Assembly: GCA_965216685.1 (NCBI GenBank)
Contig: OZ244195.1
Location: 87,780-151,779, forward strand
DNA from: Acidimicrobiales bacterium
GTDB lineage: Bacteria > Actinomycetota > Acidimicrobiia > Acidimicrobiales > SZUA-35
Direction of reading: 5' to 3'
Length of the DNA: 64,000 nt
The notes beneath the pieces were generated by a model, which was not told the DNA's origin, made no database searches, and worked only from the letters and a program-made list of their open reading frames with translations. The position numbers and the translations under genes were made by a program. Shown here piece after piece: positions 58,085 to 64,000 of this stretch (position 1 is its first letter; every line of letters begins with the position of its first letter).

Positions 58085-58878
58085 GCTGTCTCGATCACCT
58101 CGAATCCCACCTCAGCCAGTCGCACACCGGCTCCAACAGCTTTCAGATGGTAACGGTCGCCCTTGGCCAGGTCGAATGGTGGGGCCAGTCCACCGGTGAA
58201 GACGATGTCGCCGGCGGCCAGGCCCGATCCCTCCTCCTGCAGCGAGCGAACCAACCAGGCCACGGCCTCGGCCGGGGAGCCCATGGCTGCGGTGGCCGAA
58301 CCTGCTCGGGTTTCGCCCTGGTGACCGAACTCGATACCAACCTCGGCCGGATCACCGACGGGCGGGGCGAAGGCGCCAACAACCACGGCCTGGGATGACG
58401 AGTTGTCGGCGGTGTTGTCCAACCACGTGAAGGTGAAATCGGGATAGCGGGGGTGAACGATCTCGTGGCCCAGCGCCCAACCCGAACAGGCCTCCAGCAC
58501 GGCGCCTCGGTCGACATCGGACCCGGTCAGCTCCCGGCCGCTACGGTACACCAGCTCCGGCTCGACCTTGGGGTGGCGAAGCTGCGAGATGTCGACGTCG
58601 GAGCCGACCAGCTGGTAATCCCACAGCGTCCCCCAATTGGGTCGGTCGATGCCCAGAGCCTCCCGCATCACCGCCGACGTCCAGCCCAGTTTGTAGCCGA
58701 TCAAGCGGTGGCCGTCGTCCCGGCGTAGGCGGTCGACGGCTCGGGCCACCGCTCGGGCGTCGACCCAGGAGAAACGGGGAAAGCGTTGGGAGAACAGTTC
58801 GACGGCGCCGCCCCCCTGCTCGGCCCGCCACAGTGCAGCGGCCGCCTCCTCGACCTGATGGGCGCTGAGGATTGTCAC
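58081..58878 (-). CDS. 2-keto-4-pentenoate hydratase/4-oxalocrotonate decarboxylase family protein (paralogue)
   Basis: Track ORF 58081..58959 is trimmed to GTG 58878, which overlaps the HAD gene stop (GTGA). It belongs to the same family as 57227..58084. Confidence 0.65.
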   Translation of the reverse strand: MTILSAHQVEEAAAALWRAEQGGGAVELFSQRFPRFSWVDARAVARAVDRLRRDDGHRLIGYKLGWTSAVMREALGIDRPNWGTLWDYQLVGSDVDISQLRHPKVEPELVYRSGRELTGSDVDRGAVLEACSGWALGHEIVHPRYPDFTFTWLDNTADNSSSQAVVVGAFAPPVGDPAEVGIEFGHQGETRAGSATAAMGSPAEAVAWLVRSLQEEGSGLAAGDIVFTGGLAPPFDLAKGDRYHLKAVGAGVRLAEVGFEVIETA

Positions 58879-59567
58879 GGCTCGGTCCAGTCGACAGTCA
58901 GGCCGAGGCGGTCGGCCACGTCCTGCCATGCCCGCTGGGCGTTGGCCACGTCGAACCATTGAGCCTGCATGCCGAAGTCCCGGGCACCGTTCACGTTGAG
59001 CGGTTGGTCGTCGACGAACAGTACTCGATCGGAGGCGGCCCCGATGATCTCCACCGCCCGTTGGTAGGCCCGGGGATCAGGTTTGAGGATGTCGGTGTCG
59101 GAGCAGTCGACCAGATGGTCGAGCAGATCGAAGAAGCCGATTTTGGTGTGCCAGTGCCGACCGTGGAAGGCCCGCAGGTCGTTGGTCAGGGCCGAGACGC
59201 CGAAGCCGGCGGCGTGGGCGGCCCGGGCCATTGCCGCCGCTCCTGGTCGTATCAGGTCATCGCCCGGCGGGCTGTAGACGGCGGTCATGTACTCCCACAA
59301 CGGGAGTTCACGTCCGATCATGGTGCCGATCTCGGCTGATCGCCGGTGCCAGTAGTCCCGTTCGGTCAGCCCGTCGCCCGCCACCATGCGCTGCCAGAGG
59401 TCATCGGTCGCCGGGTCGAGGGGACCTTTCCAACCGAGGGTGCCGGGGGCAAGGCCGAACGCCGCCTCGGCCCGGTGGTGGAGCTCGACCGGGTTGAGTA
59501 CGCAGACACCGCCCAGATCGAGCAGCAGCACGTCAACGTCTCGGGCCTCCGGCCCGGGAAAGGTCAA
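58875..59567 (-). CDS. HAD superfamily hydrolase
   Basis: 230-aa ORF with motif I (LLLDLGGV) near the N-terminus and FVDD near the C-terminus. Its TTG 59567 start overlaps the IclR stop (TTGA). Confidence 0.6.
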   Translation of the reverse strand: MTFPGPEARDVDVLLLDLGGVCVLNPVELHHRAEAAFGLAPGTLGWKGPLDPATDDLWQRMVAGDGLTERDYWHRRSAEIGTMIGRELPLWEYMTAVYSPPGDDLIRPGAAAMARAAHAAGFGVSALTNDLRAFHGRHWHTKIGFFDLLDHLVDCSDTDILKPDPRAYQRAVEIIGAASDRVLFVDDQPLNVNGARDFGMQAQWFDVANAQRAWQDVADRLGLTVDWTEP

Positions 59568-60337
59568 GACTCGCCACCGCCCCGAAAACCCAGGCGGTGG
59601 GAGATCAATCCAGCGGCCCGCTGGACGGCTTGGGCGATCTGGTTCCGCAGCGGGTCCATTCGCTCGGCCGGTCCGGCCACGCTGATGGCGGCGATGGTGA
59701 CACTGCTTCCATCTCGGATGGGGGCGGCCACCGAAACGACGCCGACCTCCGATTCATGCCGGTTCTCGGCGTAGCCCTGACGGCGGATCTTGTCGAGCTC
59801 CTGTTTGAACTTGCGGGTCGAGGTGATGGTGTAGGCGGTACGTTTGGTCAGCTCGAGTCGGGCCAGGATGCGATCCCGCTGGTCGGGGGCGAGATTGGCC
59901 AACAGGGCCTTGCCGGTCCCGGTGCAGTGCACTTCGTTGCGGCGCCCGACGTCGGTGAACAGTCGCAGCGTGTTGGGGCTGTCCAGACGCTCGATGTAGA
60001 CGACGTGGAGGCCGTCGAGCACCCCGACCTGCACGGTCTCGCCGGTCCGGTTGCGCAGCTCGGTCATGGGCAACAACACCGCCTCGTGCAGGTCTCGCTG
60101 GGTGGGCACGGCGGCGGCCAGGTCGTACATGGCCAGCCCCAGGCGATAGCGGCCCGACTCCGGATCCTGCTCCAGCATGCCTTCGTCGGTCAGTGTGGCC
60201 AGAATGCGGTGGACCGATGACTTGGAGATCCCGAGTTCGCGGGAAAGCTCGCTGACCCCCCACGTCGTGCGGGTCGACGTGAACGACTTGATCAACCGCA
60301 CGGCGTTGGTAACCGAGGTGAGCCGATTACCGGACAT
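59564..60337 (-). CDS. IclR family transcriptional regulator
   Basis: Only the 3' third of track ORF 59564..61717 is real. It starts at ATG 60337 (MSGNRLTSVTNAVRLI) or ATG 60382. It has a winged helix-turn-helix (ELSRELGISKSSVHRIL) and an IclR effector domain. Confidence 0.8.
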   Translation of the reverse strand: MSGNRLTSVTNAVRLIKSFTSTRTTWGVSELSRELGISKSSVHRILATLTDEGMLEQDPESGRYRLGLAMYDLAAAVPTQRDLHEAVLLPMTELRNRTGETVQVGVLDGLHVVYIERLDSPNTLRLFTDVGRRNEVHCTGTGKALLANLAPDQRDRILARLELTKRTAYTITSTRKFKQELDKIRRQGYAENRHESEVGVVSVAAPIRDGSSVTIAAISVAGPAERMDPLRNQIAQAVQRAAGLISHRLGFRGGGES

Positions 60338-60430
60338 GGCCGTCAACTGTAGTTGATGGCGATGGGCCAGCTGTTCCTTCATGCGGAATAGTTTCCCACC
60401 TAGCGAAACAGTTGTTGTAGCGTCGGTCAC

Positions 60431-61339
60431 ATGGGGATTCTCCGCCTGAGCCACGTCGACATCACCTGTCCCGACCTGGAACTGGCGGCCGCCTACTACA
60501 CCCAGGTCATGGGGCTCGACATCAGCGAGCGGACCGACGACCGGATCTTCTTCAAATGCTGGGACGAGCGCGACCACCACTGCCTGGCCGTCCGCCACGA
60601 CACCCGAGTCGGCATCGACCGGTTCGCCTTCAAGGTGGAGCAAGCCGATGATCTGGCCCACTTCGAGTCCCGGATCGAGGCAGCCGGTCACCCGGTACAG
60701 CGCATCGCCAAGGGTGAAGAGGTCGGACAGGGGGAGTCGATCCGCTTCGAACTCACGTCGGGTCATGAGATGGAGCTGGTGGCCGAGGTCGAGAAAGTCG
60801 GCGGCCGCCTCCCCCTGATCAACCCTCCGCCCATGGTCGACGGCCTGGTCGGCATCGCCCCACCCCGGATCGACCACCTGCTGGTTCACGCCGAGGAGGT
60901 GGCGGCGGTGGCCCGCTTCTTCCGGGAGGTACTGGACTTCCGGCTGACCGAGCAACTGCTTGATGGCGGGGGCCACCAGGTCATCGCCTTTCTGGAACGG
61001 TCGGCCAAACCTCATGACATCGCGTTCGTGCAGGGTCCCAACGGTGCGCTCCACCATTTCTCGTTCTGGCTCGACGACTGGGATCATGTTCGCCGGGCGG
61101 CCGACATCCTGGCCTATCACGGGGTCAGCATCGACATCGGCCCCACCCGTCACGGCCTGACCAGAGGCAACACCATCTACTTCTTCGACCCGATGGGGAC
61201 TCGCAACGAGGTCTTCACCGGGGGCTACCGACCCGATCCCGACTTCCCCACCATCACCTGGACCGAGGAGGAGGCGGGGCGGGCCGTCTTCTACTACGAA
61301 GGTGTCATCAATGAACGATTCGCCACGGTTCATACATGA
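60431..61339 (+). CDS. Extradiol ring-cleavage dioxygenase (catechol 2,3-dioxygenase family), copy 1
   Basis: 302-aa two-VOC-domain protein (MGILRLSHVDI...; HDIAF; HHFSFW; YFFDPMGTRNEVF). Confidence 0.85.
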   Translation: MGILRLSHVDITCPDLELAAAYYTQVMGLDISERTDDRIFFKCWDERDHHCLAVRHDTRVGIDRFAFKVEQADDLAHFESRIEAAGHPVQRIAKGEEVGQGESIRFELTSGHEMELVAEVEKVGGRLPLINPPPMVDGLVGIAPPRIDHLLVHAEEVAAVARFFREVLDFRLTEQLLDGGGHQVIAFLERSAKPHDIAFVQGPNGALHHFSFWLDDWDHVRRAADILAYHGVSIDIGPTRHGLTRGNTIYFFDPMGTRNEVFTGGYRPDPDFPTITWTEEEAGRAVFYYEGVINERFATVHT

Positions 61340-61740
61340 GAACGATGGACCCCAGGGAAACCAACCCAAACAACAGGAGTTTCGGCCCAGCCGAAACTCG
61401 AGGTGGCGGGCTCCGTCCCGCCACACCCATACATGAGAACGATGGACCCCAGGGAAACCAACCCAAACAACAGGAGTTTCGGCCCAGCCGAAACTCGAGG
61501 TGGCGGGCTCCGTCCCGCCACACCCATACATGAGAACGATGGACCCCAGGGAAACCAACCCAAACAACAGGAGTTTCGGCCCAGCCGAAACTCGAGGTGG
61601 CGGGCTCCGTCCCGCCACACCCATACATGAGAGTGATGGACCCCAGGGAAACCAACCCAAACAACAGGAGTTTCGGCCCAGCCGAAACTCGAGGTGGCGG
61701 GCTCCGTCCCGCCACACCCATACATGAGAACGATTGACCC
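61331..61740. repeat. 97-bp tandem repeat array: 4 complete copies plus 1 truncated copy
   Basis: Copies start at 61331, 61428, 61525, 61622 and 61719. The unit is CATACATGAGAACGATGGACCCCAGGGAAACCAACCCAAACAACAGGAGTTTCGGCCCAGCCGAAACTCGAGGTGGCGGGCTCCGTCCCGCCACACC. Each unit carries two perfect hairpins. Confidence 0.95.
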
Positions 61741-61752
61741 GATGGAGGACGC

Positions 61753-62670
61753 GTGACTGACGGTATTCTTCGCTTGTCCCACGCTGACGTGCGGGTTCCC
61801 GACCTGGAGCTGGCGCTGGCCTACTACGTCGAGGTCGTCGGTCTGGTGGAGACCGGGCGCAACGCCGACAAGGCCTACCTCAAGGGCTGGGACGAACACC
61901 AGCACCACTCGCTGATGCTCAGCGCCGCCCCCACCTACGGCCTCAACGGGCTGGCCTTCAAGGTCATGGAGCCGTCGGAACTCGACCGACTGGCGGCTCG
62001 GGTCGAAGCGGCCGGAATCGCCACCACCCGGCACCGCCCCGGTGAGCTCGATCCGGCATCGGGTGACATCGTGCGATTCACCGCTCCCAGCGGGCACATC
62101 GTCGACCTCGAATGCGGTCAGGGCCAGGTGGGCAACGGCCTCTCGCTGATCAATCCCCCTCCCCGGCCCGACAACCTGGTGGGCATGCACCCGCCCCGCA
62201 TCGACCATATCTTCCTGCTGTGCGAGGATGTCGACGGCGTCACCCGGTTCTTCTCCGATGTACTGGAGTTCCGGCTGACCGAGCAGATCCTGGCCGACGA
62301 CGGCCATCAACTCACCAGCTTCCTGGAACGTACCCACACTCCCCACGACATCGCCTTTCTCACCGGCCCCAACGGCGGTTTCCATCACCTGGCCTACTGG
62401 GTCGACGAGTGGAACGACCTGAAACACGCGGCCGACACCTGCGCCCACCACGGGGTGGAGATCGATGCCGGGCCGACCCGCCACGGGGCCACCCGGGGTT
62501 GCGGCCTGTACTTCTTCGACCCGGCCGGCAACCGCAACGAGGTCTACACCGGCGGATACTGGTTCGACCCCGACGACGAACCCACGACCTGGACCGAGTC
62601 GGAGATGGGGCGGGCCATCTTCTGTTATCGGGGCCAGGTCGACCAACGGTTCATGACGGTGCACTCCTGA
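61753..62670 (+). CDS. Extradiol ring-cleavage dioxygenase (catechol 2,3-dioxygenase family), copy 2
   Basis: 305-aa paralogue of 60431..61339 (MTDGILRLSHADV...; HDIAF; HHLAYW; YFFDPAGNRNEVY), starting at a GTG preceded by GGAGGA. Confidence 0.85.
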   Translation: MTDGILRLSHADVRVPDLELALAYYVEVVGLVETGRNADKAYLKGWDEHQHHSLMLSAAPTYGLNGLAFKVMEPSELDRLAARVEAAGIATTRHRPGELDPASGDIVRFTAPSGHIVDLECGQGQVGNGLSLINPPPRPDNLVGMHPPRIDHIFLLCEDVDGVTRFFSDVLEFRLTEQILADDGHQLTSFLERTHTPHDIAFLTGPNGGFHHLAYWVDEWNDLKHAADTCAHHGVEIDAGPTRHGATRGCGLYFFDPAGNRNEVYTGGYWFDPDDEPTTWTESEMGRAIFCYRGQVDQRFMTVHS

Positions 62671-62671
62671 C

Positions 62672-63901
62672 ATGACACGACCGGACACCGACCACGACCC
62701 TGACGGCAACGGGGGGCACAACGGCCGGGTGGCGGCGCCCACCGACGGGGCGGTACCGACCACCGATCGCTACGAGGCGCCCCTCTACCTGGCCCGGTAC
62801 CGGGAGCGGCAACGGTCGGCGGTCGTCGACCAACAGACAGACGGCCACGAGCAGGTCCCGGCCGGCGACAACGGGACGGCGGACGACCGACCTCCGCCCG
62901 GGGCCGACGGCGACGGCTCACCCCTCTACCTCAAGAGGTTCCGACAGCGATCCGGCGATCGGCGGCCCGTCGACCCCGACACACCCCTGTGGCAGCGGGC
63001 TGATCTCAGCGTTCAGCAGGCCTTGACCGAGGACAACCGCAACAAGGAGATATCGGCCCCACCGGAGGCTCAGCGGCAGCTGGCCAACGACGTCTACCTG
63101 ATCCGCCACGGCGAGACCCAGGGCTATTCCACCGATTCCGGCCTGACTCCTCAGGGGGCCTGGCAGTCCCACAGCTACGGCCGTACCCTGGCCCGCCGGG
63201 TGCGCTCGGGGGAAACCGTGGTGTTTCGCCACGCCCCCACCAACCGGGCCCAGGAAACGGCTCATCACATCCGCCGCGGCCTGGCCGACGGCCTGGAGCA
63301 GTACGAGAAGGACATCACCATCGTCGATCCGGAACCGATGAACGAGTTCCGCAATTTCCAGTTCGTCTCACCCGACGGCCTGAAGGACGTGACCGCCGCC
63401 TTCCGGGAGTACCACTCGCTGCTGGAACAGTTCGAACGCTCAGCCCGCAGCGACCGCCCGCTGTGGCTGGTGGAGATGGACCGCTTCTGGCGGACCCAAC
63501 AGGGCGGCGGTGACCCCATCCAACACTGGTTGACCACACCTCTGCTCCATTTCGAACCACCGTCCATGTGTGTGCGCCGGTTCTGGGCCGGCATCAACAG
63601 CCTGTCCAACCAGTTCCCCGGAGCCCGGCTGGCGGTGTCCACCCACTCCGGTTGCATCCGAGCGGTGGCCGTGTCGGCGCTGGGCTACGATCCGGGCGAG
63701 CCGTACAACACCGAGCATGTACGTATCAAGCTGTTCGCTCAGCAGGGGCCGGGGGGCTGGGATGCCACGGTGGCCTACCGCAACCGGGTGCAGGAGATCA
63801 AGGTGCCCCGGATCGACCAGCTCCCGCAGTGGGCGGTGCATGACGAGTGGTCTGGATTCGACGACCCGTCGGCCCTGACCCGACCGGAGGTCAAACGATG
63901 A
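62672..63901 (+). CDS. Histidine phosphatase (phosphoglycerate mutase-like) family protein with a disordered N-terminal extension
   Basis: 409-aa ORF. The RHG catalytic motif (VYLIRHGETQGYS) is at about residue 140, and the N-terminus is low-complexity. The start is uncertain. Confidence 0.6.
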   Translation: MTRPDTDHDPDGNGGHNGRVAAPTDGAVPTTDRYEAPLYLARYRERQRSAVVDQQTDGHEQVPAGDNGTADDRPPPGADGDGSPLYLKRFRQRSGDRRPVDPDTPLWQRADLSVQQALTEDNRNKEISAPPEAQRQLANDVYLIRHGETQGYSTDSGLTPQGAWQSHSYGRTLARRVRSGETVVFRHAPTNRAQETAHHIRRGLADGLEQYEKDITIVDPEPMNEFRNFQFVSPDGLKDVTAAFREYHSLLEQFERSARSDRPLWLVEMDRFWRTQQGGGDPIQHWLTTPLLHFEPPSMCVRRFWAGINSLSNQFPGARLAVSTHSGCIRAVAVSALGYDPGEPYNTEHVRIKLFAQQGPGGWDATVAYRNRVQEIKVPRIDQLPQWAVHDEWSGFDDPSALTRPEVKR

Positions 63902-64000
63902 ATCCCTGTCGACGGCCCGGATTTCGGCCAGGGCCGGGCCAGACCGTGTTTGGAGATCATGATGTGCGAGGCCTGTCCGGTCATCGATTGGGCCAAGGAA

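Noticed and set aside
61331-61740. Possibility that the 97-bp array is a CRISPR array
   Set aside because: Whole units are contiguous and near-identical, there are no unique spacers, the unit is far longer than CRISPR repeats, and no cas genes are in the window.
60338-62763. Upstream part of ORF 59564..61717 and ORF 61330..62763 (minus), plus the 65-137-aa ORFs at 61308-61727
   Set aside because: They run through the 97-bp tandem array and antisense to the two dioxygenase genes. Their repetitive peptide segments only reflect the DNA repeat, and the 97-bp period rotates the frame. The IclR homology begins only at about 60337.
63898-64000. Possible next gene starting at ATG 63898 (ATGA overlap with the histidine phosphatase stop)
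   Set aside because: Only about 34 codons are visible before the window ends and there are no motifs, which is too little evidence to call.

Overview
High-G+C, actinobacterium-like chromosomal window (taxonomy cannot be verified from sequence alone). I support about 55 protein genes and 4 tRNAs, and found no rRNA, CRISPR array, transposase or integrase. The top finding is at 3.3-6.7 kb: a selenoneine-type selenometabolite cluster. It comprises a GT-B glycosyltransferase (SenB-like) and an EgtB-like DinB+FGE enzyme (SenA-like), transcribed divergently from a selenophosphate synthetase SelD/SenC. The SelD gene contains an in-frame TGA (selenocysteine) at the catalytic GAG-U-GCK position, followed by stem-loops. 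The supplied ORF track therefore truncates this gene. The second sequence-level oddity is a 97-bp tandem array (4 full copies plus 1 partial, two perfect hairpins per unit) between two paralogous extradiol dioxygenase genes at 61.3-61.7 kb. Other content: phnDCE, a Hen1-Pnkp RNA repair cassette near a tRNA Arg/His/Lys trio, and a large secreted GH13 amylase. There is an IdeR regulator next to a Fe(III) ABC importer, and a cNMP/CBS/DUF294 nucleotidyltransferase paired with a DEDD exonuclease. A lower-GC islet sits downstream of tRNA-Gly. A hydroxyacid module combines an Fe-ADH, an FAD/Fe-S oxidoreductase and a TRAP transporter. An aromatic-catabolism block contains PaaX, BoxC, BoxB, a six-gene 2-aminomuconate-type lower-pathway operon, IclR and two catechol 2,3-dioxygenases. 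Many long ORFs in the track are antisense or alternate-frame artefacts of high G+C. The track also translates GTG/TTG starts as M.
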